Of a DNA stretch of 64,000 nt, positions 48,695-58,123 are shown piece by piece. The stretch is taken from IMG/VR virus record IMGVR_UViG_3300033067_000181, positions 8,917 to 72,916 of that record. One strand, given 5' to 3'. Made by a program: the position numbers and the translations under genes. Below the pieces are notes generated by a model. That model did no database searches and was not told the DNA's origin. It was given only the letters and a program-made list of their open reading frames with translations. This DNA is from a virus (taxonomy: Duplodnaviria; Caudoviricetes). Positions within the stretch are counted from its first letter, which is position 1; the number at the start of each line of letters is the position of its first letter.

Positions 48695-49387
48695 ATGAAC
48701 GTAAAATTACAGTCTGGGAAATTTACCAATAAACTAATAATAAACAGCAAAACCGATGAGCCGGAATATGTATTATTGTTTATTCCGGGTGGTACAAAAG
48801 TCAATCACGTGCCGTTCCATCTAGTAACGTGGTGGGTTGAACAAAAAGTAGACGTAGCAGTATTTGACCATACAGAAAATTTTGTCGAAATGCCAGCAAG
48901 GTTCCGGTCTAGTAGAGATCGTCGATCAATGCTGTTAGATGCTATTGAATTTTTAGCAGACAAGTACAAATCGAAAAATATAGTATGCTTGGGTCATAGT
49001 TTTGGCGGCATCGAAGCTGCTCATTTAGCAATGACAGGAAACGATAAAATCAAGAAAGTAGTGATCAGCAATGGCACATGGGTAAACGATCCATCGGCGA
49101 GTTTTTTCTGTAAAGACGGCGATATACGAAACTTCAATGGCGCCGAAGTATCAATCCCAACACTCATAGTTCATCACGCAAACGATTTAACTAAAATGTG
49201 TCCTTACTCAATTGCCGAGCAGCACATGGAGCACTTGCCAGGGATTACAGTTCTAAATGGATTCCCTCATTTGGGAATTTGGGAAACTGATGCAGGCCCC
49301 CACTTTTATACAGGGCAAGAAGCAGCGGTGTTTGATAACATACATAGATGGTTTAAAGACGAATCGCACTCAAAATATATTGGGTAA
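48695..49387 (+). CDS. Alpha/beta hydrolase
   Basis: GHSFGG nucleophile elbow; downstream candidate Asp and His. Confidence 0.75.
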   Translation: MNVKLQSGKFTNKLIINSKTDEPEYVLLFIPGGTKVNHVPFHLVTWWVEQKVDVAVFDHTENFVEMPARFRSSRDRRSMLLDAIEFLADKYKSKNIVCLGHSFGGIEAAHLAMTGNDKIKKVVISNGTWVNDPSASFFCKDGDIRNFNGAEVSIPTLIVHHANDLTKMCPYSIAEQHMEHLPGITVLNGFPHLGIWETDAGPHFYTGQEAAVFDNIHRWFKDESHSKYIG

Positions 49388-49394
49388 ATACATT

Positions 49395-49889
49395 ATGACT
49401 AAAAAATTAGAATCCCTATTCAATTTACCGGAAGTTGGCGAAGGCGCAACTAGCGAAGAAGTTAAACAGGTAATTGAAGAAAACCGCGACATCATCACTC
49501 AAGTGGACGAAGCTATTGACAAAATTGATGCAGCACTACCGGGAATCACAGACTTAGATTCAATTGACGCAGATTTAGACGAGTTAGCAAAGTTAGCAAA
49601 GGACAAAGCAGAAGACCTATTAGATTTAGGGATGAATGTTGATCCACGTTTTGGGGGTGTTATTTTCCAAACTGCAAGCCAATTATTAGGGCACAGCATT
49701 GCAGCTAAAACAGCTAAAATGGATAAAAAGCTAAAGCAGATCCAATTGCAATTACAAAAAGCCAAGTTTGACCATCAGGTTAAAAAGGATTCCGGTAAAG
49801 CTGAGGAAGAACCGGAAGATGGCAAAGGAATGCTACTAGATCGTAACGCTTTACTAGCGTCTATCCTAGAAAAGTCTAAGAAACAATAA
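49395..49889 (+). CDS. Hypothetical coiled-coil protein, possibly terminase small subunit (start reassigned to MTKKLES)
   Basis: DPRFGGVIFQTASQLLG loosely recalls gp16 SPR..EVF..L; own late box at 49385-49390. Confidence 0.45.
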   Translation: MTKKLESLFNLPEVGEGATSEEVKQVIEENRDIITQVDEAIDKIDAALPGITDLDSIDADLDELAKLAKDKAEDLLDLGMNVDPRFGGVIFQTASQLLGHSIAAKTAKMDKKLKQIQLQLQKAKFDHQVKKDSGKAEEEPEDGKGMLLDRNALLASILEKSKKQ

Positions 49890-49911
49890 ATATACAATAG
49901 AGGAATTCGCG

Positions 49912-50505
49912 ATGAAACCATACCAACAATATGTGTTTGAGCTTAACAAATCATACGATTACACTGTTAAGATTGCAGGCACTAACCCGCAAGGTGACGT
50001 TATGGAGCGTATTAAAAACGCTTTAAACGCTCACGACTTAGAAAGCGTATCCAGCCCTAAGAGCATGCCTATTCAGGAACACCGTGAGTTTCCTAAAATG
50101 GGTTCATGCGAATGCTGGATCTTTGAAGTAACAATTAAGTACCCAACCACCCCAGAACAATTACGTCAACTTATTAAAGAACGTGCTGGCATTAACGCTG
50201 ATTGCGTTTGTGTATGGCCTAAGAACCAACGTGACTTTAATGAAGAATTTGAAGCACATGGCAAGGATCACGAAGGTGCGTTGCTAGATCAACCAGAGTT
50301 AAAAGCAGATGAAGGCGGACAAGAGCTTGTTGGACAAGCACGCCGCGACAGTATGCTAAAAGAGCTATCTAGCCGCACATACGAATTCGCTGCAAAAAGC
50401 GAAGCAGACGGCAAAACAATGGACGCATCTCCTGCAGGCACTGACAGTCCTGTTGGCAGTAAACAAGTTAAATTACCGACACCACCAAAAGGATCAGTAC
50501 GATGA
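49912..50505 (+). CDS. Hypothetical late protein
   Basis: TAAATA at 49887-49892; GAGG SD. Confidence 0.65.
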   Translation: MKPYQQYVFELNKSYDYTVKIAGTNPQGDVMERIKNALNAHDLESVSSPKSMPIQEHREFPKMGSCECWIFEVTIKYPTTPEQLRQLIKERAGINADCVCVWPKNQRDFNEEFEAHGKDHEGALLDQPELKADEGGQELVGQARRDSMLKELSSRTYEFAAKSEADGKTMDASPAGTDSPVGSKQVKLPTPPKGSVR

Positions 50506-52151
50506 GCAACAGTAACGGAATGTACAACGTTCTAAACATCTTTAAGAAATTAGAACCTACACAAGAACAACAGGTTAAAGCAGAAGCACAATCAATTTAC
50601 GAAAGTGTTGAAGCTAAAGGGTCTATCCTTGAAGGCGTAAAAGGCGTTGAGGAAAAACTAAACGAAAAGTACATGGGCTTTAAGAAAGTTGCAGCAGCAG
50701 CTAAAGCCGGTGGTGCAGAAAACCCAGAAGCCGTTGCAGCCAGCATTGGTCGTAAAAAGTATGGCAAGAAAGTATTCCAGAAAGCAGCAGCGTCTGGTAA
50801 GAAAATGCGTGAAGGCCAAGTTGATCAAAACAACGACGGAAAGCATGATTTTGAAGACGTTAAAGTTGCTAGAATGAAAGCAGCTCTTAAGGGCAAGAAC
50901 AAAGGCGAAGAACAAGTTGACGAAATGTTTGCTTTTGATACCAAGCCAGGTAAAAATACAGGCAAGCCAGATGAGTTAGCTCGTCGTGCTAAGTTGGGCA
51001 AAAACCCATTGGCTAAAGGTAGCCCTCATGCTAGTGAGTACAAGACAAAAGGCAAGTACGGAAATGCTTATGACGTTGCTGGCCCTAAAGGTGTATTGCC
51101 AGAAGGTGAACGTGAAGATAATCCACGTATTCCTGGAACAGATAAGACAGCTAAGTCTCGTTACAATCCAACAAACAAGCCTGCTCCAGTTAAGAAACTA
51201 GACAAGCCAACTGACAAGTTTGACAAGATCAAGAACGAAAGCCGTACACGCCAAATCGCGGAAGGCATTAACTTTGCTGAAATGATGCGTGAAACTGATA
51301 ATGGTATAGCTGAAATGTTGGGCGAAATTCAGTCTGATATTGATTCTTTCAAGAAGACTGGACATTGCAGTGACAAGTTAGAAGCATTCTTGAAGATCCA
51401 CAATCACGGTAAGCGTTTGATGGGCGAAGCAGTTCCAAAAGGCGATAGCTTTGCTCCACAAGATGCAATGGCTTTAGCTAAACCAACTAAGCCATTTGTA
51501 CCAAGCCGCACACAAGGTACACCATCTATTTTAGATCGTGCTAAGGACGCTGTTGGTTCTGTTGCTAGCGGCATTAACAAAGTTATCGGCCACGGCAGCG
51601 ATGAAGAATTGTTAGCAGACTTGCGTAACAAGAGTACCTTTGAAGATGCTGAACTAAATGAATTAGCACGTTTAGCTGGTCTAACTGAAAACTGCGAAAT
51701 GACAATCGGCCAAGGCGCTATGGATATGGAAGAGCAGCAAGGTCGCATCAACGTTAGCACAAACGCTAGCACAGATGGTAACAAGAACGTTACTATCACA
51801 GCAGACGGCGATGCAGCAGATCAACTAATGTCTATGCTAAAAATGGCAGGTATGGGTGACAGCGAAGCACATGCTCGTTTAGCAGCTGAGCCAGAAGCAA
51901 TCGAAGTTGAAATGGACGAAGCAGAAGAGCAATATGCTAACGCTCCGGAAGAGTGCTATCAAGGTCAAGATGTAATTACACATCAAGGTCAAGATATGAA
52001 CCGTGAGAAGAAGCAGTTTGCTGGTATGCCAAAAGCTGGCGATAACCCAATGGCTACACCACAGTTGCAAGCATTAGAAAGCATGGACCCAATGGATGAC
52101 ATGGGCCGTCGTTTAATGCGTGAATACCAATCTCTAAAGCTAAAAAGCTAA
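50502..52151 (+). CDS. Hypothetical, probably head-associated protein (LAGL motif, EF-hand-like DQNNDGKHDFED)
   Basis: Low-complexity charged protein with many hydrophobic-X-E sites. Confidence 0.55.
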   Translation: MSNSNGMYNVLNIFKKLEPTQEQQVKAEAQSIYESVEAKGSILEGVKGVEEKLNEKYMGFKKVAAAAKAGGAENPEAVAASIGRKKYGKKVFQKAAASGKKMREGQVDQNNDGKHDFEDVKVARMKAALKGKNKGEEQVDEMFAFDTKPGKNTGKPDELARRAKLGKNPLAKGSPHASEYKTKGKYGNAYDVAGPKGVLPEGEREDNPRIPGTDKTAKSRYNPTNKPAPVKKLDKPTDKFDKIKNESRTRQIAEGINFAEMMRETDNGIAEMLGEIQSDIDSFKKTGHCSDKLEAFLKIHNHGKRLMGEAVPKGDSFAPQDAMALAKPTKPFVPSRTQGTPSILDRAKDAVGSVASGINKVIGHGSDEELLADLRNKSTFEDAELNELARLAGLTENCEMTIGQGAMDMEEQQGRINVSTNASTDGNKNVTITADGDAADQLMSMLKMAGMGDSEAHARLAAEPEAIEVEMDEAEEQYANAPEECYQGQDVITHQGQDMNREKKQFAGMPKAGDNPMATPQLQALESMDPMDDMGRRLMREYQSLKLKS

Positions 52152-52188
52152 AATCTTTTGGGACGGGAGTTAATGCTTAAATATTTCT

Positions 52189-53001
52189 ATGGATAAAACA
52201 GACTTTTCGTCAGTCGATCACATTGAATATTATTTAGGCAAAGAAACACTCCCGAACTTGCATTGGAAGACTGAGATTCCAGCACAGTGGAATATTCCTG
52301 CTAGAACAGACACTGGAATATTCCACACTGATAAGGTTAAAAATGCAACCATTTCTACACCATTCAATGAAGTCGCGTACACTTTTAATAACTTAGGTTA
52401 CAGAAGCAACTTCGATTTTACAGACGATCTTAAAAACCAAAATGTTATCTTGTTACTTGGATGTAGCGATGCTTTTGGTTTTTTGCTTGAGTATCAATAT
52501 ACTTACGCCAACATCTTAGAAAAAACACTAGGTAAAAATTTTACTATAGTAAACCTATCAGTTGCTGGTGCAAGTCCTGATATGGCTGTTAGGATTGGTA
52601 CGCAAGCAATTCAGCATCTAGGATCTGCGGTAAAGCATGTTTGCATGTTATGGCCGATGTTTTCACTGCGTGAATTTGTAAGTAAAACATTTTCGTCGGG
52701 TGTACATGTATTAGGCGAAGCATCATTGCCGTACAAAGATTGGTGGGATCATGTCGATTGGGTAAGTAACAATTACAATTTCCAAAAGAATCGAGCGTTA
52801 ATTACGTCAGTTACAGCAGCAAACAGCGCCCAGTATCATGAGCTAATTTTAAATCGCAAAGACGGAAAAATTCCATTTGATGTTATAAACAATCCGCCAT
52901 ATACTGCCCTTGGAAAAAATTCCCACACAGCGATAGCTAGATTTTTTATTAAAAAAATAAAACAGGCCCCGAGTTTCTTTGAAACATGTACGCAATCGTA
53001 G
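52189..53001 (+). CDS. Hypothetical protein, SGNH-hydrolase-like
   Basis: NNLGYRS, LLGCSDAFG and VNLSVAGAS resemble SGNH blocks I-II. Confidence 0.45.
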   Translation: MDKTDFSSVDHIEYYLGKETLPNLHWKTEIPAQWNIPARTDTGIFHTDKVKNATISTPFNEVAYTFNNLGYRSNFDFTDDLKNQNVILLLGCSDAFGFLLEYQYTYANILEKTLGKNFTIVNLSVAGASPDMAVRIGTQAIQHLGSAVKHVCMLWPMFSLREFVSKTFSSGVHVLGEASLPYKDWWDHVDWVSNNYNFQKNRALITSVTAANSAQYHELILNRKDGKIPFDVINNPPYTALGKNSHTAIARFFIKKIKQAPSFFETCTQS

Positions 53002-53067
53002 TTTAAATTGGTAAAACACTAATATGCCCTATTAGTACGAAGGTTCGACTCCTGCCCGATTGCTCCA
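52992..53067 (+). tRNA. Degenerate tRNA-Gly(GCC)-like element
   Basis: GCAATCG/CGATTGC acceptor + T + CCA; GTTT/AAAC D-stem; CTAAT/ATTAG stem with ATGCCCT loop; GGTTCGACTCC T-loop; flawed T-stem. Confidence 0.65.
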
Positions 53068-53073
53068 AAGTTG

Positions 53074-53081
53074 TATAAATA
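53074..53081 (+). promoter_or_regulatory. Perfect T4 late promoter TATAAATA
   Basis: Exact consensus, 6 nt before ATG 53088. Confidence 0.75.
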
Positions 53082-53087
53082 TTAAGT

Positions 53088-53468
53088 ATGAAAATAAACG
53101 AAGTTATTGTAGAAACTAGAGCTGGTAAAGTACCCAATGGGTATAAAGAGGCCAGTACCGGTATCCAAACATTTAGCGATAAAGAAGGATCCAATACGGA
53201 TTACACTCACTATCGCTTAGGATTGGCTCTTGCTAGCTGCGATGGCAAGACTCCATTAGTAGACATGGATCCAAAATCGTTTTATGGTAAAAAGCACACT
53301 GCTCATCCTTACACCCAAGAAGAAGCAGCGATGCTAAAGCAAGCATACAAAATAGCCGGCGCAGACTCTAGTGATTTAAACAACGGCAATTTGAATAGTA
53401 TGGAGCTTTCGGACACAAACAAGTCCAGCACTACTGCTAAACCAAAGAAAAACCGTTACGGAGTATAA
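53088..53468 (+). CDS. Hypothetical protein with capsid-targeting-like N-terminus (MKINEVIVE)
   Basis: Late box directly upstream. Confidence 0.65.
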   Translation: MKINEVIVETRAGKVPNGYKEASTGIQTFSDKEGSNTDYTHYRLGLALASCDGKTPLVDMDPKSFYGKKHTAHPYTQEEAAMLKQAYKIAGADSSDLNNGNLNSMELSDTNKSSTTAKPKKNRYGV

Positions 53469-53848
53469 TGAAGCAGTATCGAATTACTTCGTCGGACTAT
53501 GTGCAACCTGCAGAAACTGCACTAATCCCTGATGCTGTACTACATGATCCAGCAGCACTTGAGCTGCATGACTTAGCACGTATACAAGAATTGGCAGGCA
53601 TTGTTGAAGGCCGTGACAAAGCGGCTACAGCAACGTTTAATAACCCCAGCGGCTTACGCAGTCCTGTAGCGGTTGCCAATGAAAAGAAGCAAATAGAAAA
53701 AGAACAAAACATTAAGCCCGGAAGCCCAGAGTGGTTCCGTTTGTGGTTTGCTAAACCAGAGCTCACAGGCGAAAAGCCGGTCGGTGATGAAACCGCCGGC
53801 TATACTAACAGCTTAATGTCAGTTAATGTTCCGAATCCTAACCGTTAA
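53468..53848 (+). CDS. Hypothetical protein (ELAGI motif; IKPGSPEWFRLWF)
   Basis: TAATG coupling. Confidence 0.65.
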   Translation: MKQYRITSSDYVQPAETALIPDAVLHDPAALELHDLARIQELAGIVEGRDKAATATFNNPSGLRSPVAVANEKKQIEKEQNIKPGSPEWFRLWFAKPELTGEKPVGDETAGYTNSLMSVNVPNPNR

Positions 53849-54371
53849 CTACTTTACGGTCAACACCCAAATAACGCAACCAGCTTTCGTGGCCTACGTG
53901 GAAAGGGCGATCCTTCCAAGTTTTAATTAGGCTGTGGTAGGTTGGGATAAAAGGCATACGCAGAGGTTTCTGCAACTTGTGGCCTTTTTTGCTGTTACAT
54001 GCCTTGCAGCTTGTTACACAGTTTTCCCAGCTTGTTCCGCCGCCCATTGCACGTGGAATTACGTGGTCAATAGTTAGTTCGCTAGTGTGAAAAGTGTCGC
54101 TACAGTATTGGCACTGATATAGGTCACGCAAATACAAGTTATGGCGACTGAACTTTACACCCTTCTTAAAATTGTAGTATTCCTTTGTAACCGCAACCGC
54201 TGGAACATTGATACTCATATGTTCGCTGCGAATAACGCGATCTTCGTAGGATTCCAAAACCGTAATACGATCCAAGAAGTACAATTTTAAAGCATGCTGC
54301 CAGCCGATAACACTTAGCGGTAGGATGCTAATTGGTTGGTGGTCTGCATTTAGTAGTAATGTATCTGCCAT
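53838..54371 (-). CDS. HNH endonuclease (start reassigned to MADTLLLNAD)
   Basis: RDLYQCQYC, TIDHVIPRAMGG..SWENCVTSCKACNSKKG. Confidence 0.9.
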   Translation of the reverse strand: MADTLLLNADHQPISILPLSVIGWQHALKLYFLDRITVLESYEDRVIRSEHMSINVPAVAVTKEYYNFKKGVKFSRHNLYLRDLYQCQYCSDTFHTSELTIDHVIPRAMGGGTSWENCVTSCKACNSKKGHKLQKPLRMPFIPTYHSLIKTWKDRPFHVGHESWLRYLGVDRKVVNG

Positions 54372-54420
54372 TTTGTTCTCATTTCGAAAAGTTAAAGACC
54401 CACATGTATTTAACCCGCTC

Positions 54421-54449
54421 AGTTTAGCAGAAATGCCCTTTTTTGTCAA
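54421..54449 (-). promoter_or_regulatory. Sigma70-like promoter for the HNH gene
   Basis: Minus strand TTGACA-N17-TAAACT with TGn extension. Confidence 0.8.
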
Positions 54450-54488
54450 TCAAATTAACATAAACGGCACATATTATGTAAATACAGT

Positions 54489-56060
54489 ATGAGCAAACCA
54501 CTTGAAACGACGATCGTAAAGACGCCGCATTTAAAAGCCAACTACACAGAAAAGCAAATCGTTGAATTTGCTAAATGTGCGGACCCAGTTACTGGTCCTG
54601 AATATTTTATGAGTAACTACTTCTTTATTCAGCACCCTACAAAGGGTAAGCTGTTGTACCATCCATTTGAGTACCAAAAGAAGTTAATTGAAAACTATCA
54701 CAGTTTCCGATTTTCTATCTCGTTAATGCCACGTCAAACCGGTAAGTCAACATCAGCAGCAGGATACCTACTTTGGTATGCTATGTTTGTACCGGACAGC
54801 ACTATTCTTATTGCTGCTCACAAGTACACAGGTGCCCAGGAAATTATGCAGCGTATCCGTTACGCTTACGAACTATGCCCTGATCACATTAGAGCAGGAT
54901 GTACTAGCTACAACAAGGGCTCCTTAGAATTTGAAAACGGATCACGTATTGTTTCACAGACAACTACTGAAACAACTGGTCGTGGTATGTCTATTTCGCT
55001 ACTATACTGTGACGAATTTGCATTCGTTCGACCTACTATTGCTACAGAGTTCTGGACTTCTATTTCGCCTACACTATCCACTGGTGGTAAAGCGATTATT
55101 ACAAGCACTCCTAACTCAGACGAAGACCAATTTGCGTTGATCTGGAAAGGTAGCCAAAAGCGTATTGATGAGTTTGGTAACGAAACAGAACTTGGACAAA
55201 ACGGTTTCCGTGGATATCAAGCTAACTGGTGGGAACACCCAGATCGCGACGAACAATGGAAAGCAGAAGAAATTGGACGTATTGGCGAAGAACGTTTCCG
55301 TCGTGAACACGGTTGCGAGTTCTTGATCTACGATGAAACCCTAATTAACGCTACTACTCTAATTGAGTTAGCAGGCATTGATCCAATTGAGCGACAAGGA
55401 CAAGTACGCTGGTACAAACGTCCATCCAAAGGTAACACTTATGTAGTTGCCCTAGACCCTAGTTTAGGTACAGGCGGAGACCCTGCTGCTATCCAAATTA
55501 TTGAAGTTCCTAGCTTAATGCAAGTCGGCGAATGGCAGCATAACAAAACACCTGTGCAACGGCAGATTGTTATTCTCAAAGAAATTACACAGCATATCTA
55601 CGACCAAATTGGAACCGAAACGGATATCTACTACAGCGTAGAAAACAATACGTTAGGTGAAGCTGCTTTAATTAGTATTAGCGAAATGGGCGAAGAAAAC
55701 ATCAGGGGCGTGTTTATTAGCGAACCCAAAACGATGGGCAAAGGTCGTTCATACCGTAAAGGGTTCACAACAACCAATAAAACTAAGCTATCGGTATGTG
55801 CAAAGGTTAAAGCTCTAATTGAACAGAAGAAGCTGACTATCGCAAGTAAGAACTTGATATCTGAGCTTAAGACGTTTGTTGCAATGGGCAGCAGCTTTGA
55901 GGCCAAAATGGGCGAAACAGACGATTTGGTTATGAGCTTGATGCTAGCTGTGCGAGTTATTCAAGCACTACAGAGCTATGATAGCAATTTGGACGAAACC
56001 ATGAAGGACAAAGCAGAGGACTATGTACAACCTATGCCGTTCCTGGCTAGCTTCGGCTAA
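54489..56060 (+). CDS. gp17: Terminase large subunit (T4 gp17-like)
   Basis: PRQTGKST Walker A, LLYCDEFAF Walker B, ITSTPN, ALDPS.G and DDLVMS. Confidence 0.96.
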   Translation: MSKPLETTIVKTPHLKANYTEKQIVEFAKCADPVTGPEYFMSNYFFIQHPTKGKLLYHPFEYQKKLIENYHSFRFSISLMPRQTGKSTSAAGYLLWYAMFVPDSTILIAAHKYTGAQEIMQRIRYAYELCPDHIRAGCTSYNKGSLEFENGSRIVSQTTTETTGRGMSISLLYCDEFAFVRPTIATEFWTSISPTLSTGGKAIITSTPNSDEDQFALIWKGSQKRIDEFGNETELGQNGFRGYQANWWEHPDRDEQWKAEEIGRIGEERFRREHGCEFLIYDETLINATTLIELAGIDPIERQGQVRWYKRPSKGNTYVVALDPSLGTGGDPAAIQIIEVPSLMQVGEWQHNKTPVQRQIVILKEITQHIYDQIGTETDIYYSVENNTLGEAALISISEMGEENIRGVFISEPKTMGKGRSYRKGFTTTNKTKLSVCAKVKALIEQKKLTIASKNLISELKTFVAMGSSFEAKMGETDDLVMSLMLAVRVIQALQSYDSNLDETMKDKAEDYVQPMPFLASFG

Positions 56061-56084
56061 ATATACAAATAGACAGGTTAACCC

Positions 56085-57551
56085 ATGCGTGAATTAGACA
56101 AAATTGCAGAGAACTTATTTGACAAGATCCGTACTCGCTTTGAGAACGTGAACTTAGGCGACGAAAACGCCAAGCGTACAAACGATCCATCAAAGGCTCG
56201 TTTTTTCAACTTTGATTACATTGACTCAGACGGCAAGAACTACGGCAACGTTACTATGAGTATTGTTGACGACGACGGTCTTAAGGTGTACTTTAGTAAG
56301 AACATCACTGACCAACTAGATGACGGTCAGCAAGAACAATGGTTTGAGTTCCTAAAGAACATTCGTAAGTTTGCCCGTGGCAACCTAATGAAGTTTGATG
56401 TACGTGACATTAACAAAAGCAATTTGGACATTCGCGACATCAAGCAACAAAGTAAAGCAGACGGTACATTTGTTGATACAGACGTAACAGCAGCAGTTAC
56501 CGAAAGCCGTATGTGGGGCACAAGCCGCAGCAGCTACCAAGATATGGGTCCTGCTAAGATTATTGTACGTCACAGTGATAACGTTAGTGACGAGAAGCGT
56601 GGCGACCGTAGCCGTAAAATTGATTCGGTATTTGTGGAAAACCATTTGGGAGAGCGCCGCTTACTTAACACCAAAAACCTACACGTTGCCCGTGCAATGG
56701 CACGCCACGTTAGCGAAGGTGGCAATGTTGATGATGAATTGGGTTGCGGCATTATGGAAATGGGCAAAGAAATGGGAGCCATGGCTCACTTTGTTCGTGA
56801 AGCAAAACGCCGTCAATTTGAAGATGCTGAAACAGATGAAATGGCCAAGAGTGCCGTGGAACGTTACGGCGAACTAAAGAATAAACTAAAGCATTTAGGT
56901 GGACGTAGAGGCTATAGCAGCTACAAACAAGACTACGTACCTGCACATGATGTTGAAGAAGAAGTAGACGTAGATGCATTGCGTGAACGCTTTGTTAAGA
57001 AGATTTACGACGATCGTTTTACTGATGCGTTACCATACGTGTACAAAGCATACAAGAACAGACAAGAACGTATCCATACTCCAATGGGCGAAGACTTTGA
57101 AAACTGGGCAAACGAAATCTCTGAAGATGCGTTTGAAACACAAGATCAAGAGTACGCAGAATTGGAAAAGATTATGGGTACTGCATTACGTGTAGGCCAA
57201 GACGGTGTAGATGCAAGACACGCTCTAATCCGTTTGTTTAACGACGACGGTCTAGACCAAGAGTTAACTAAGTTTTCGCAAGAGCAAGGACCGGATGCAG
57301 ATGCTCGTCAACTAGTTTTGAGCTGGATGAAACAAAATGGTATGAAGATTGTTGCTAGCCGCATTGAAGCAAAATTGGCTCAGTCACAAGCTCCTGCCCA
57401 ACCCACACCAGCAACACAAAGCCCGGTTCCACAACAGCAACCACAGCAACAAGTGGCAGCACCAGGGACAGATCAACAAGTACAGGCACCTGTAGCTGAG
57501 TCTCAGGATCCGTTAGACTTTATGAAACGATTGGCTGGGTTGGTTCGATGA
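56085..57551 (+). CDS. Hypothetical late protein ending in KRLAGL motif
   Basis: Late box at 56058-56063; Gln/Pro-rich linker before the C-terminal motif. Confidence 0.65.
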   Translation: MRELDKIAENLFDKIRTRFENVNLGDENAKRTNDPSKARFFNFDYIDSDGKNYGNVTMSIVDDDGLKVYFSKNITDQLDDGQQEQWFEFLKNIRKFARGNLMKFDVRDINKSNLDIRDIKQQSKADGTFVDTDVTAAVTESRMWGTSRSSYQDMGPAKIIVRHSDNVSDEKRGDRSRKIDSVFVENHLGERRLLNTKNLHVARAMARHVSEGGNVDDELGCGIMEMGKEMGAMAHFVREAKRRQFEDAETDEMAKSAVERYGELKNKLKHLGGRRGYSSYKQDYVPAHDVEEEVDVDALRERFVKKIYDDRFTDALPYVYKAYKNRQERIHTPMGEDFENWANEISEDAFETQDQEYAELEKIMGTALRVGQDGVDARHALIRLFNDDGLDQELTKFSQEQGPDADARQLVLSWMKQNGMKIVASRIEAKLAQSQAPAQPTPATQSPVPQQQPQQQVAAPGTDQQVQAPVAESQDPLDFMKRLAGLVR

Positions 57552-57973
57552 AAACCTTTTTGCAATACCTTAAAGAAACCGAAGACATGTTTGCACAAAG
57601 CAACCGTGTTGGTGATCAAATTGAAGAATTTAATCATCCTCTACGTGCATTGGGGTGTGACAAAGGCGATTACGAATCACTTGTTAACGAGATACAATGG
57701 TGCGCCAGTAAAACCACCGACGACGAACGCCTTGAAGCAGCATGCGACGAGTTAGAAAATCAAATCGATCCTCCGTTGTATAACTTCATTGAGAACATCT
57801 TATCGGGTGGCATGAAACCAGAAGGTTACAGATTCAACAGTGGACTAGTTACTGCGTTAGAAGAAGGCGAACGCCGCTTTGGAACTGAACCTAGAGCTGC
57901 GGTACATGGGGCAACAATGGCACTAAGTCGTGCAGCCAAAGCAGCATGGGAACTGGACGAGCTAGACAATTAA
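57548..57973 (+). CDS. Hypothetical protein with T4 internal-protein-like N-terminus (MKTFLQYLKE)
   Basis: ATGA overlap with upstream gene. Confidence 0.6.
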   Translation: MKTFLQYLKETEDMFAQSNRVGDQIEEFNHPLRALGCDKGDYESLVNEIQWCASKTTDDERLEAACDELENQIDPPLYNFIENILSGGMKPEGYRFNSGLVTALEEGERRFGTEPRAAVHGATMALSRAAKAAWELDELDN

Positions 57974-57997
57974 ATTTTGGCAAAACTAGTTCTACCG

Positions 57998-58024
57998 AAG
58001 GCACAAATTTTGTGCCTTTTCTTT
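57998..58024 (+). terminator. Terminator-like hairpin
   Basis: aaggcaca-aattt-tgtgcctt followed by T-rich run. Confidence 0.75.
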
Positions 58025-58053
58025 TGACTTGGCTAAATACTTTATCATATACT
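58024..58053 (+). promoter_or_regulatory. Composite promoter for gp32: TTGACT-N18-TATACT with embedded TAAATA (58034-58039)
   Basis: Sequence elements visible directly. Confidence 0.6.
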
Positions 58054-58123
58054 AGCGACTGTGCTGTTATATGATTAGGCACATTTAAAGACCATCTTAA
58101 ATTATTAATAAAGGAAATACATC

